Shown here piece after piece: positions 13,851 to 28,167 of a stretch of 64,000 bases of DNA. The stretch spans positions 1-64,000 of the forward strand of contig NC_058383.1 of NCBI RefSeq assembly GCF_018350175.1, read 5' to 3'. The DNA comes from Felis catus (Eukaryota). The notes beneath the pieces are model-generated. The model made no database searches. It saw only the letters and a program-made list of their open reading frames with translations, and was not told the DNA's origin. How positions within the stretch are numbered: the stretch's first letter is position 1; every line of letters begins with the position of its first letter. The translations under genes were made by a program, and so were the position numbers.

Positions 13851-14855
13851 ATAGTGAGAGAGAAATTATTCTAAATGTCACTTGTTTGGCACTCAGAGGC
13901 CTCCAATGTCTTTCTGCTGCCCCACAGGGTCCTGTCCATGGGAACCAACATGGGATGCTCAGGTGGCCTTGGAATCAAACACACTTGGGTAAAATCTCAG
14001 GTTTACTACTTAGTAGCTAGAACCCTGGATAACTCCTAATGTCCCCAAATCACAAGAGGGTGAAAGCCCAAGATGCAAACCTTACCACCTGCATTACTGG
14101 TAAACACCATGCATGCAGGAAACACTCACCTTACACGTGGATAGCACATGGAAAGCACCTAGAACAGGGCCCAGTACTCCAGAATCTTCTGACAGGCATT
14201 GAATTCTATTGTTTGGTCCTAAGCTGCAAGCTTACCTTCTATTTGTACAATGTGAGAGCTCTGCTGCCCTGAGGCCACCCTTCTCTTTACCAGCAGTGCT
14301 GTATTCCTCATAGCAACACCAATATTTGAGGGCCCACTATGTGCTGGGTCACTTAATCAGCACAGTCCCTGAAGCCCATACACAATCCATTAGCCCCATT
14401 TGGCATCTTGTTCACTTCCACTCACTCTCCACCAGCATTAGAAGCTCTCTCCACCCAGGGCTTATAACACATGTTTAAACCTCTCTAGTGACACACACGT
14501 GGCCTGGCAATATCTGGCCTCTCCTCTAAGCCTGGAACTTCTTGACAGGCTCAGATAGTGCCTTAATCTGTACATTTCCCCCCATAGGCAGGTCATGCCA
14601 AAATACTCCTGCCACTGGATTCTTAAACATTTCTGACCAGAGTTAAACTCATCCACTTCTAATTGTCTGATTTTTTCCTCTACTTGGTCACCTCTCTCAG
14701 TTGGTGGCAACTCAATCTGTGTTGTCACTTAGAATGCAAACAAGGAAAAGTCACTGTAAAGAGTTAAGGGGCTAACTAGACCTGATAAGTCAATGTCTTT
14801 ACTTCTAGCTGAATGAGAAACCACAGTGAACAGCTGTATTAAAAAAAAAGTTTAA

Positions 14856-14951
14856 GGGGCACCTGGGTGGCTCAGTCGGTTGAGCATCCAACTCTTGATT
14901 GTGGCTCAGGTCATGATCTCATGGTTTGTGAGATCGAGCCCCGCACCAGGC
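14856..14951 (+). mobile_element. 3'-truncated Can-SINE
   Basis: ggggcacctgggtggctcagtcggttgagc...gagatcgagccccgc, then stops. Confidence 0.88.
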
Positions 14952-15174
14952 TTTTGAATCTTTCTAAAAGAGATTTAAAAACAATAGATTACAAGGAAAA
15001 TAGAAGCCTGAAATCTTACCTTCATATACTCAACTCTACCTAGAAGAGGGATAAAGAAAATTAAATTTGATGTAGAAACAATGTTTTTTTTTAATAAAAG
15101 TACAGCTCATGACAACAATGTCAAAATCATATTCCAATGTGATATTATAATAAAGGGTGGTTCAGCAAAATAAA

Positions 15175-15552
15175 TTATTTTTGTAAGTGTTGCAATTCTA
15201 CTATAGTTAACATACAGTGTTATATTTGATTTGGGTGCACATATCGGGGTTCAACAATACTGTATTTTACTCAGGGATCATCCTGGCAAGTGTACTCTTT
15301 AACCCCCATCACCTATTTCTCCCATCCCCCCACCCACCTCCCCTCTGGTAACCATCACTTTGTTCTCTAAAGTTAGGAATCTCTTTCTTGGTTTGTCTCT
15401 CTCTTTTTTCCTCCTTTGCTCATTTGTTCTGTTTCTTAAATTCCACATATGAGTGAAATCATATGGTATTTATCTTTCACTTAGCATTATATCCTATCAA
15501 TCCGTGTTGTTGCACATGGAAATATTTCATTCCTTTTTTGGCTGAGTAATAT

Positions 15553-15599
<47 letters not shown>

Positions 15600-15707
15600 C
15601 GTGTGTGTGTTAATCACCTCTTCTTCATCCACTTATCTATGGATGGACACTTGGGCTGCTTCCACAATTTGGCTATTGTAAATAACGCTGCAGTAAACAT
15701 AGGGGTG
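15175..15707 (-). mobile_element. L1 3' end with (TG)n/(CG)n tract
   Basis: Antisense 3'UTR (cccctctggtaaccatc, ttccacatatgagtgaaatcatatgg, ggacacttgggctgcttcc). Confidence 0.88.
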
Positions 15708-16030
15708 TGTCGTAGACTCTAAGTCTAAAGTTCTCTTTTGGCCAGCAAAAGAGCAGATGCAGGATTCAAACGAGAGATGGCTAATGTCCAGGAAAAGGAC
15801 AAGAGCTCCGAATAAGGGTCCTTGCCCCCTATTTATTCAGATCAGAAGGCTTGCAAACATGAAGTGTATGTACAAAAAGACAAAGAAACTAGGAACATTA
15901 ACTTGTGGATGTGAGGGGGAAAGGGGATTTTGAAGATATACAGTGTTTGGGGTTTGGGTCAACACAAAACAAAATCCAGGCACTGGGTAGATGGTTGTTA
16001 ACAGCAGACAGGAGGCGCTGTGCCTAGTGT
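15708..16030 (-). mobile_element. Probable ERV LTR fragment
   Basis: Begins TGTCGTAG exactly where the L1 stops; ccttgcccctatttatt motif typical of antisense LTRs; right boundary uncertain. Confidence 0.45.
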
Positions 16031-18208
16031 AGCCATGGTCTAGGATACTAAAAACTTAGAAGTAGAATTACCTATAGAAAGAATTTCCTTTCTACTTGCT
16101 GATATTTCAACAACCATTTCTATGGAAGAGAATTAATGTAGACATCTTATTTTTGACCAAAAGCTCTGTTTCCATTCTATGAAACAGATACCAAACTACT
16201 CACCTTCAATAATGGAAATGGCGGACTTACTTTAATAACCAATGCACTATTTACTTGCAATTCTTTTTTGTCAAGTCCAATAGCCATAATAAAGTCCAGA
16301 ACCACAAATATTTCAGAGATTCAGACAAAAGAAAAGTAAAGGTAAAATCTTTGGACTAAAAGATGCCTCTGGCTACCAGAAACACCGGAGAAATGTCTCC
16401 TGCAATTGGCTATTTCCTGAACTGACAAACAATTCTGTCAAATCAGATCCTATGATTTTTCCCACATCACCACCAACAAAGGTTTTCAAATCAGAAAGGA
16501 AGTGGGAGATGGCTAGAGAAAACATACAAGCAACAACAGAAATGAAAACAAACGTTTCCAGAAAGTGCAAAAAGTGCTTCCTTGACGAGAGTCATTCCCT
16601 GAAGACATTAAAATTGTAGCAGGCACTTGAGACGCCACAGAAAGATCTGAACAAAGTAAACAAAATCATAGAAATCATAGGAAGTATGTTCTCAGACCAC
16701 AAATGACTCAAACTAGACATCAAGAACAAAAATTTCTTAGCTGGACAATGACAAAAAAAAATGAGATTAAACCACAACCTTCTCAAAAACACACGGATTT
16801 GAGGGGAGTTGGGTGGGGAGATGGCTGAAAGAGGTGAAGTAGATCAAGAGTACACTTGTGATGAGCACGAGAAATGCATGAAAGCACTGAGTCATATGGA
16901 ACACCTGAAACTGATATTGCACTGTATGTTAATTATAGTTGAATTAAAAAAAAAAAGTCCATATAGGTCAGAGAAGACATTTCTATAGAAATTTTAACAT
17001 ATTTAGTCTAAATGATAATGAAAATTGAACGTATTAGAGGGAAATTTGTAATATAAGTGCATATAAAAGGTCCAGCTATTATAAAATTTTCTGCTTACTT
17101 ATGATTACAAGTCTATGTAAAGGTACTTGAGTATACCCACAGCAAAAACAGATTACCAGAGGTAAATTAGACAAGCATAAGTTCCCATGGAGGCAGTAAT
17201 AATGTTATGTTTCCAGAGAATTTCAAACATATCAGAGCCAAGAGGGAAATGGTCAGGCCAGTATGGACAGGCTGAAATGATATTGGAGATGATGAGGAAT
17301 CTTAAAGACGTTTACAAAATATCTGTCATAAAGAATCATCTTTATAAACCCTCTACCAGTGCCCAGGAAGATAATAAGCACACATCTCAAATGTCTCCTC
17401 ATGGAGGAACAAGAGGACAGATGGCTTACAAAGGTGCAGGAACAAACTTACGAGGGTGATGACTGTGTCTGCTATCTTACTGTGGCCATGGTTTCATTGC
17501 TGGTTACCTGTGTCAAATATCAATGAATTGTATTCTTTAAAAAGGTATTGTTATTCTATACAAAGTACACGACACTGAAGCTGTAGGAAAAATGTAATAG
17601 GCAACACTGAGAAGTTTTATTTTGCTGACAAACATATTGCAACTGTGTTTTAATAGTAAGAATTTGTAAGCCAATGTAAAATAGAAAAATTAAGAAAATG
17701 CGAATTCATAGTAGATAAGTCAATGACTTCTATTGTACATTCACAAAGTACCTGGAGAAAATCCTTTGGAATATCTTCAAACTATGCCCAAAACTCATGG
17801 AAGAATGGAAGTAAGTAACAACACAAAATGTATTAGAGATACAAATGAGATTGTTCTAGAGAAAGATGTTTACAGATACAGATATATCTGAGAAAGACAG
17901 GCAACTGCTAGTATAATAATATGTGATTATTTTTCCAAGAAGAGGAATTACACATTATGGTTCAGTTTTTGATGTTTTCTTTCAATGTTCACTTTGATTC
18001 TGACAGCTCAAAATGTCAGATTTCTGAGGTACAAAAAGATTTGCATAATCAGGTGATCTTGTATATTTTGATAATATCTGTGGGATTTTTAAGTTACCTG
18101 AACACACATCTTCAAATAGCCAGTGAAAGGAATTCTTGTTTCTATTTCATATTATTGTACCAAAATCAATCAATAGCAACTCTGAAAATTGATCTCTAAA
18201 AGAACACA

Positions 18209-18435
18209 GGGGCGCCTGGGTGACTCAGTTGGTTCAGCAACTGACTTTGGCTCAGGTCATGATTTCACAGTCCATGAGTTCGAGCCCCACATCAGGCATT
18301 GTGTTGACAGCTCAGAGCCTGGAGCCTGCTTCACATTCTGTGTCTCCTTCTCTCTCTGCCCCTCCCCTGCTCACGCTCTTTTTCTCTCAAAAATAAATAA
18401 ACATTAAAAAATTTAAAAAAATAAAAAGTAAATAA
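18209..18435 (+). mobile_element. Can-SINE (felid type)
   Basis: ggggcgcctgggtgactcagttgg head; TSD aaaagaacaca on both sides. Confidence 0.95.
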
Positions 18436-20617
18436 AAGAACACAAAATTCCAGGATATGGTCACCAAAACAACAGAACACATATCATCCTACAAAAACTG
18501 GACTTAGAAGCACTCTAGGAGCAGCACACTCACAATGCAATTCACACCAGTTCACATACCAAGCTTAATTTGTGCAAATGAACATGTCTAGAAAGTAGCC
18601 TCTGAAATCTATAACCTTTTCAACTTCAGTTCTCAGGGATGAGGTCACAAAAATGTGTAATGGTAGGAAATATACACTGTCTTCGTCTAGCCGCTGTCTG
18701 AAAGAAAGCAGTAGCTGTCAGCACAATGGTTGGTCATGGGGCTCAAATGCACCAAAGACACAGGCCATCTTGTCACGAAGGTAAAACATCTTCAGCTATG
18801 GGCACTCTTGGTGTATCTGGCAGCTGTCTGGCTGCTGATATCGGTAGTTGACGCTGAACTAGATTAGATCCAATGGGGCCAATAAAGCTAACTTCTCACA
18901 CTCAATGGCCATGAATAGGTGGAGGTGGGAAATGCAAGACAAATTAGTTGGAAGAATTCAGAGATGAGGTAGGGTGAGAGAGCTGAACCAATCTGTGAGA
19001 GGCAGCCTAAGTACAGGGGGGGAATTCTAATCAGGACAATCAAGAATTTTCCTCCTTCACAGTCTCAAAAGAAGTAGAACTGATTGTATTTAGATTGGAG
19101 GCATTCATGTGGAATGATTCTGCCTCAGTGCTAGGGTTATTCCTGACTACTGGGACTTTTCAGGTCCCTCTAGAAGGATCTGGTACATGCCAATCTAAAG
19201 AAATCTACTTATATCTCTGGTGTTCCCTGTCTGTTTGCCTCTCTCACTCTTTAGGGGTACGAGTTTTGATTAGTCACAATGGGAACCACGTATTTCATTT
19301 TATTGGGACAATCCTAAGGACATTCAAAACCCTTCTTGTTTTGAGTAAATCAACACTCTGCTCATACTTAAAGAAAGGACAACAATTTATTCACTTCCTA
19401 ATTATGTTGCTCCTAGTGATTTTCCTATCGTAAATGTCCAAGCAAGATGCAATTACTTAGTTTCTGCTAGGCTTCTGTGGCTCCCAACATAGTTGGACAC
19501 AGACTCCCTGAGGGCAGCTTCCAAGACCAGAGGCAAAGGGATGACTCAGACGTTGCTAAAAGTCAACAACCAGGAGCACATAGCCCAAAGACATTTCACT
19601 TTTTAACACTCTACTACTAACATCAATCCAGTCATCGCTGTTCCCAGGGCTACCAAACTTCACAAATATGAACAATGTGCTGATAGGAAAATGAACTACA
19701 TATAAGATGGACCCTAAGCTTACAAAGCTTGAAGCAGGATCTTAACAGGGCTTCCCGGAGCCAGTCCCATACCCATAGTTCCCATTAAATAAAGGTTTTT
19801 GACATTTTAAAAACAACTTTAATGAAATAATTCACACATCCTAGAAACACCTATTTCAGTCAATCAGCTCAATAGCTTTTAGTATCTTCACAAATCTTTC
19901 CTTCTTGACACTATAAACCTACTATGTTCGGGTTTACATCCTGTCAGCACTGCTCTTTTTAGACCAAGCAACACAGACAGGACACAGAACTTGATGTGGA
20001 CAGCTGTGGCCACAACCACTTCAGGCTGGTGGAGAAACCTGCCCTGTGGTTCTCAGTCTTCAGGATGAAATGAAGTCTTCTGAAGTTCTCATCAAAAGCC
20101 GCATAGAAAAGCTGTTGTTTAACCACAGTGTGAAAGAACACAATAGGAAGGAAGAATCCACCGATGTCCCAGGTTTACTCACATTTGTGTTTGGGTAACC
20201 GTGACACTCAGGCACAAGGAGCTAGAAACACAGCCTGTTCACCTTCCTGTCCCTGTCCTTTAAGGGAACTCTAGGGTTCCAGGCAGGAGGTGGACATGGG
20301 GGATGGGGTATAGGTGGGCAAGGGAGGAGTGGAGAGGGGTGGGAAAGGGGGGGAGGGTGGTAATTGGGGATGCGGGAGGAGTATAAAAATGGGGTGGGTT
20401 TAGGAACGGGGACTGTCAGGAGAAGAGGTCAGAGACAGTACGAGGATCAGATCAAGTACAAGAGGGGAGGGAGGAGGGTTCAGACAGGTTAGTAGGTTAG
20501 CAGGTCAGTAAATCAGTAGGTGAGCAGGACACAAACAGCAGGTTAAGTGGACTCTCAGGAGCAGGTGGAGCAGAGGAAGATCCTTCTTCTTCCAAGGCCT
20601 CACCAGACTGTCTGGGT

Positions 20618-20631
20618 GTTGCCTTAGCAAC
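20618..20631. promoter_or_regulatory. RFX X-box
   Basis: GTTGCC-TT-AGCAAC matches GTNRCC(N0-3)RGYAAC; minus-strand donor CTG|GTGAGG 14 nt away (20604/20603). Confidence 0.5.
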
Positions 20632-21036
20632 CCAGAACCTTTATACTCTCTCTCGACCAACCAGCTGCCCTTAGCCCTGGTAGAGAAATATAGACACCCC
20701 ATGTGACCTCATTTTTAAAAAGCTGCTTCCCACCTGGTGCACCACCAAGGGCCATCCCAACTACAGTTCCTCTCTGGAAACTTGGCTGGCCTTCTGATTT
20801 CTGGGCCTCCTCACCCAGCTCCCTGTCACCTCTTCTGAGTGCTATCTCCTTCCTTTCTGTACTCCCATCTCCCATGGGCCATAGCTGAACAACTGAGAAA
20901 GCAAAGGAGGACAAAACTGCAAGAACAATCAAATACGCAAGCAGACAGGAAAGTTTAACCCTCTCTCAGTAAGTCAAAGCAGATAGAACATCCATAAGAC
21001 AGAGATCTTGATAGCAAACCATCTGAATCCCACAGC

Positions 21037-21038
21037 TA

Positions 21039-21097
<59 letters not shown>

Positions 21098-21100
21098 ATC
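21037..21100. repeat. (TATC)n microsatellite
   Basis: Direct reading. Confidence 0.97.
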
Positions 21101-21323
21101 TGTATCTATATCCATATATATCCATATCATACACTGTAAAGGACACATTCACTTTAGGCACAGAGGATACAGTTATAAACATTCACCATATTTATTATGA
21201 TCATAAGGGAAATTTCAAAGGAATGTAATGATTTGAGAGGAAGGAAATCAAACAAAGCATGGTTTGGTAATAGAATGTGCTAGAAATGATTAATAAAGAG
21301 GTAACTAGAAATTCCCATATGTT

Positions 21324-24300
21324 ACTTGAAGACATCATAGCTTGGAACTTCCCTGAACTGGGAAAGGAAAAAGGCATTGAAATCCAAGAGGCACAGAGAA
21401 CTCCCTTCAGATGTAACTTGAATCGATCTGCCAGTGAAACTGGCAAAATACAAGGATAAAGGGAGAATTCTGAAAGCAGCTAGGGCTAAACATGCTCTAA
21501 CATATAAAGGGAGACCAATAAGACTCGTGATGGATCTGTCTACTGAAACTTGGCAGGCCAGAAGGAATGGCAGGAAATCTTCAATGTGAGGAACAGAAAA
21601 ACCATGCAGCCAAGAATCCTTTATCCAGCAAGTCTGTCATTTAGAATAGAAGGAGAGATAAAGATCTTCCCAAACAAACAAAAACTGAAGGAATTCATCA
21701 CCACTAAAGCAATCCTACAAGAGATCCTAAGGGGGATCCTGTGAGACAAAGTACCAGAGACATCACTACAAGCATGAAACCTATAGATAACACAATGACT
21801 CTAAACCCACATCTTTCAATACTAACATTGAATGTAAATGGACAAATGCTCCAACAAAAAGACACAGGGTATCAGAATGGATAAAAAAACAAGACCCATC
21901 TATTTGCTGTCTACAAGAGACTCATTTTACACCTTGAGATTGACAGTGAGGGGATGGAGAAATATCTATCATGCTACTGGAAATCAAAAGAAAGCTGGAG
22001 TAGCCATACATATATCAGACAAACTAGACTTTAAATTAAAGGCTGTAACAAGAGATGAAGAAGGGAATTATATAATAATTACAGGGTCTATCCATCAGGA
22101 AGAGCTAACAATTATAAATGTCTATGCACCGAATACGGGAGCCCCCAAATATATAAAACAATTAATCCCAAACATAACCTTATTGATAAGAATGTGGTAA
22201 CTGCAGGGGACTTTAATACTCCACTTACAACATTGGACAGATCATCTAGACACAAGATCAATAAAGAAACAAGGGCCCTGAATGATACACTGGATCAGAT
22301 AGACTTGACAGATATATTTAGAACTCTGCATCCCAAAGCAACAGAATATACTTTCTTCTTGAGTGCACATGGAACTTTCTCCAAGATAGATCACATACTG
22401 GGTCACAAAACAGTCCTTCATAAGTATACAAGAATTGAGATCATACCATGCATACTTTCAGACCACAATGCTATGAAGCTTGAAATCAACCACAGGAAAA
22501 AGTCTGGAAAACCTCCAAAAGCATGGAGGTTAAAGAACACCCTACTAAAGAATGAGTGGGTCAACCAGGCAATTAGAGGAGAAATTAAAAAATATATGGA
22601 AACAAATGAAAATACAACAATCCAAACCCTTTGGGATGCAGCAAAGGCAGTCCTGAGAGGAAAATACATTGCAATCCAGGCCTATATCCAGAAACAAGAA
22701 AAATCCCAAATAGAAAATCTAACAGCACGCCTAAAGAAAATAGAAGCAGAACAGCAAAGACACCACAAACCCAGAAGAAGAAGAGAAATAATAAAGATCA
22801 GAGCAGAAATAAACAATATAGATTGTAAAAAAAACTGTAGAGCAGATCAATGAAACCAAGAGTTGGTTTTTTGAAAAAATAAACAAAATTGATAAACCTC
22901 TAGCCAGGCTTCTCAAAAAGAAAAAAGAGAGGACTCAAATAGGTAAAATCATGAATGAAAATGGAATTATTACAACCAATCCCTCAGAAATACAAGTAAT
23001 TATCAGGGAATACAATGAAAAATTATATGCCAACAAACTGGACAACTTGGAAGAAATGGACAAATTCCTAAACACCCACACACTTCCAAAACTCAAACAG
23101 GAAGAAATAGAAAGCTTGAACGGACCCATAACCAGTGAAGAAATTGAATCAGTTATCAAAAATCTCCCAACAAATAAGAGTCCAGGACCAGATGGCTTCC
23201 CAGGGAAACTCTACCAGACATGTAAAGCACAGATAATACCTATCCTTCTTAAGCTATTCCAAAAAATTGAAAGGGAAGGAAAACTTCCAGACTTATTCTA
23301 TGAAACCAGCATTACTTTGATTCCTAAACCAGACAGAGACTCAGTAAAAAAAAGAGAACTACAGGCCAATATCCCTGATGAATATGGATGCAAAAATTCT
23401 CAACAAGATACTAGCAAATCGAATTCAACAGCATATAAAAAGAATTATTCACCATGATCAAGTGGGATTCATTCCTGGGCTGCAGGGCTGGTTCAACATT
23501 CGCAAATCAATCAATGTGATACATCACATTAATAAAAGAAAAGGTAAGAACCATATGATCCTGTCAATCGATGCAGAAAAAGCATTTGACAAAATTCAGC
23601 ATCCTTTCTTAATAAAAACCTTCAAGAAAGGTTTTTATACTTAACTTAAACTTCATACTTAAACGTCATAGAAGCCATTTATGAAAAGCCCACAGCTAAT
23701 ATCATCCTCAATGGGGAACTACTGAGAGCTTTCTCCCTGAGATCAGGAAGACGACAGGGATGTCCACTCTCACCGCTGTTGTTTACAATAGTGTTGGAAG
23801 TTCTAGCATCAGAAATCAGACAACAAAAGGAAATCAAAGGCATCAAAATTGGCAAAGATGAAGTTAAGCTTTCACTTTTTGCAGATGACATGATATTATA
23901 CATGGAAAACCTGATAGACCCCACCAAAAGTCTGCTAGAAGTGATACATGAATTCAGAAAAGTCTCAGGATACAAAATCAATGTACGGAAATCAGTTGCA
24001 TTCTTAGACACTAATAATGAAGCAACAGAAAGACAAATAAAGAAACTGATCCCATTCACAATTGCACCAAGAAGCCTAAAATACCTAGGAATAAACCTTA
24101 CCAAAGATGTAAAAGACCTGTATGCTGAAAACTATAGAAAGCTTATGAAGGAAATTGGAGAAGATATAAAGAAATGGAAAAACATTCCATGCTCATGGAT
24201 TGGAAGAATAAATCTTGTCAAAATGTCAATACTACCCAAAGCTATCTACACATTCAATGCAATCCCAATCAAAATTGCAATAGCATTCTTCTCGAAGCTA

Positions 24301-25841
24301 GAACAAGCAATCCTAAAATTTGTATGGAACCACAAATGGCCCCGAATAGCCAAAGTAATTTTGAAGAAGGAGACCAAAGTAGGAAGCATCACAATCCCAG
24401 ACTTTAGCCTCTACTATAAAGCTGTAGTCATCAAGACAGCATGATATTGGCACAAAAACAGACACATAGACCAATGGAATAGAATAGAAACCCCAGAACT
24501 AGACCCACAAACGTATGGCCAACTAATCTTTGACAAAGCAGGAAAGAATATCCAATGGAAAAAAGACAGTCTCTTTAATAAATGGTGCTGGGATAACTGG
24601 ACAGCAACATGCAGAAGGATGAAACTAGACCACTCTCTTACACCATTCACAAAAATAAACTCAAAATGGATAAAGGACCTGAATGTGAGACAGGAAACCA
24701 TCCAAACCCTAGAGGAGAAAGCAGGGAAAAACCTCTCTGACCTCAGTCGCAGCAATTTCTTACTTGACACATCCCCAAAGGCAAGGGAATTAAAAGCAAA
24801 AATGAATTACTGGGACCTTATGAAGATAAAAAGCTTCTGCACAGCAAAGGAAACAACCAACAAACCTAAAAGGCAACCAACGGAATGGGAGAGGATATTT
24901 GCAAATGACATATCAGACAAAGGGCTAGCATCCAAAATCTATAAAGAGCTCACCAAACTCCACACCTGAAAAACAAATAATCCAGTGAAGAAATGGGCAG
25001 AAAACATGAATAGACACTTCTCTAAAGAAGACATCCAGATGGCCAACAGGCACATGAAAAGATGCTCAATGTCGCTCATCAGGGAAGTACAAATCAAAAC
25101 CACACTCAGATATCACCTCACACCAGTCAGAGTGGCCAAAATGAACAAATCAGGAGACTATAGATGCTGGAGAGGATGTGGAGAAACGGGAACCCTCTTG
25201 CACTGTTGGTGGGAATGCAAACTGGTGCAGCCACTCTGGAAAACAGTGTGGAGGTTCCTCAAAAAATTAAAAATAGACCTACCCTACGACCCAGCAATAG
25301 CACTGCTAGGAATTTACCCAAGGGATACAGGAGTCCTGATGCATAGGGGCACATGTATCCCAATGTTTATAGCAGCACTCTCATCAATAGCTAAATTATG
25401 GAAAGAGCCTAAATGTCCATCAACTGATGAATGGTTAAAGAAATTGTGGTTTATATACACAATGGAGTACTACGTGGCAATGAGAAAGAATGAAATATGG
25501 CCTTTTGTAGCAACATGGATGAAACTGGAGAGTGTTATGCTAAGTGAAATAAGTCATACAGAGAAGGACAGATTCCATATGTTTTCACTCCTATGTGGAT
25601 CCTGACAAACTTAACAGAAGGCCATGGGGGAGGGGAAGGAAAAAAAAATGGTTAGAGTTGAAGACAGCCAAAACATAAGAGACTCCTAAAAACTGAGAAC
25701 AAACTGAGGGTTGATAGGGGGTGGGAAGGAGGGGAGGGTGGTTGATGGGTATTGAGGAGGGTACCTTTTGGGATGAGCACTGGGTGTTGTATTGAAACCA
25801 ATTTGACAATAAATTTCATTAAAAAAAGTATAGAAAAAAAA
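21324..25841 (+). mobile_element. Felid LINE-1, 5'-truncated within ORF1, inserted in an older L1
   Basis: ORF1 C-terminus (MQPRILYPASLSF...LQEILRG, stop 21744); ORF2 ~21794-25605 ([33 protein letters not shown]...LHCWWECK); polyA 25820-25841; imperfect TSD agaaattcccatatgtt (21307-21323) / agacattcccgtgtgtt (25842-25858). Confidence 0.96.
21794..25605 (+). pseudogene. L1 ORF2 (endonuclease/reverse transcriptase), disrupted
   Basis: Split over ORFs 22194-22853, 22951-23457, 23378-23644, 23779-24444, 24619-24969 and 24985-25605 by frameshifts and stops. Confidence 0.95.
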
Positions 25842-27917
25842 AGACATTCCCGTGTGTTTAGAAATTGAGAAGTTCCTCTAGAAGTAGAATATGAGTCAAG
25901 AAATCCCAAAGAAACAGAGCTATATTTTACTTCAATGATAGGAACATGATAAAATTGTAATCCAAAATGTCTCCTGGCCTGCAATATCCTGGAATATTGG
26001 TGGGAGAAGATTGTCTGGTCCCCATATCATGTCTAATTGACCTAGACATTTTAACACCACAAACAGTGGTAGATCTGTCACTTATCTGTGTGACTCTCCT
26101 ACCTATTAGCATGGGCTGTACATTATGAACTTACAGGGGGGGGGGTCGTCAGAGAAGAAATCCAGCTGACTCAATAGGGATCTCCTGCGATCTCCAGGAA
26201 TGACAGCATTTTAAGAGAAACAGTTCATCCTCGTCTCTCCTGGGGGACCCGCAACAACACCCAGAATGTTGGCAGTGCCAGGTGTGCTGGGCGGGGAGGG
26301 CTGAGCAGGTGGGCAGGGTCCAGGGACCCAGGGGACTAGACAAACCTACTGTGATCATCTCTCCTGGGCTCTGTCCTGAGCTGAGTTTCCTAAATAGTTT
26401 CTCTACATGATTGACTCAATGATTAGCCATCTGAAAATCATTGTTCTAAATCCCTTCACTTTCATTTTTATGTGAATTAGTTATATCAGGAACCACTCTG
26501 GCAATGCTAAAATAGCAAAGCAAGGTCTCCAACCTAAGTATAAAGAAACCATACAAAACAACGAAAACCAAACCCGAAACAAAACAGGAGTGAAAAACCA
26601 AAATAGTATTACATTCCCTTTAGGTAAAGAGCCCCAGTATTGGGCTGTCCAGGTTATACAAGGAGAGGCCAGCTCCAGAGGGGGTGGACTCCGAATGGCC
26701 CAAAAGAGAATGGTAGAGAGGCACTGATTGATTATAAGTGGACCTAGGGAATTCCAAGAAGGGTGGCCAGGGTCACCCTGATTATAACGGGAGCAGGGAC
26801 CAGGGAAAGAAGAGGCAGTGAACAGAGTTTTGGCGGCCTTGAACAAGTGAGATCATTCATGGAGGTGTCCACAAAGCCAATGTCAGCCTCCCATCTTGGG
26901 AGCCTTTCATTGCCCCTGGCAGCAGGGCCAGGAGCCTAGAGTTTGAGATCCAGTGTGCTGCTGACCAGCTGTGTGAGCCTGGGCTGGTTTCCTTCAGTAA
27001 AATGGGAGTGTCCATGTCTGTGTCCAGAACTGTGCTGAAGACAAGATGAAGCCCTGTGCTGAGCACTAGTGGATATCAGAGTCATCACCTCCCTGGGGCA
27101 TGTCTTCCCAGTCTGGTGAGTTAGACGTTGCATAGCTGTTAAAGGCAATAAAGGGGAAAACCACAGTTCCCTTCAGTTTCAGGCCTGTGCCAAGCCTTTG
27201 CCTTTGCAGCCATCAGCGCTCAGGACCCAGCGGCAATACCATCTCTAACCCCTTGCACAGATGGAGAACCAGGCTCAGAGCCCTCAAGGGGAAGGCTGGA
27301 CCCAGGCTGAGAAAAAGCTCACTGCTGATTTGGGTCTGGAAGGGGATGTTGGGAGAGTGGGAAGCTGGAGCCTGGAGAATCCAGAGGGAGCAAGGGCCAC
27401 AAAGATGCTTGGCCCCATAGCCCAGCTTTGCTCCAGGTCACCCTGTACAGAGCTGAGGCCAAACCAGAGGGCAAAGTCACAGCCCGGTTCCTGCACCTCA
27501 GGCTGACAGTCATTCATCTCTGTGGTGATGATAATGCTATCATATACTACTCCTGATGATGCCATTAGTGCTATTATTGTTGTGGGAGAGGGCGCAGCAC
27601 TCTTTGACACACCCAAGGACTCTGGAGAAGGTCCCCTGTCTCCCTCACTTGACCTGGCGCCATGCAACACCCCCACTCTAAGTGTACCCTGTCTCTACCC
27701 TATGCCCCTGTCCCTGTGGCCACCCTACTCTGGCCACTCTCTGGAATCTAGGCCTGGGCACAACCCTCCATAAAGCAGTGACATGGGGCAGATGCCCAGC
27801 CCAGAGATGGAACCAGGAAACCACCCCCTTCCATGTCAACTTAGATGGGACACGTCATGCCACGTTCTGTGCACCCCTTCTAGTAATGGCCTGTAGTGGA
27901 GTGCCAGAACTGTTCTG

Positions 27918-28070
27918 GAGGGAGGGAGGGAGGGAGGGGGAGGGGGAGAGAGGGGGAGAGAGGGGGAGAGAGAGGGGGAGAGAGGGAGAGGGAGAGGGAG
28001 AGGGAGAGGGAGAGGGAGAGGGAGAGGGAGAGGGAGAGGGAGAGGGAGAGGGAGAGAGAGAGAGAGAGAG
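27918..28070. repeat. (GGAGAG)n/(GA)n polypurine tract
   Basis: Direct reading. Confidence 0.97.
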
Positions 28071-28167
28071 AAATCTACATTTTGCACCTGTGAGTCTGAG
28101 TTCTGTGACTGTGGGTATATTGACTGTGGACATGAATTTCCTAATATTTGGTTGTTTTCATGTTTTC

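Noticed and set aside
21324..25841. Active full-length L1
   Set aside because: No 5'UTR, ORF1 truncated, and ORF2 broken by several frameshifts and stops
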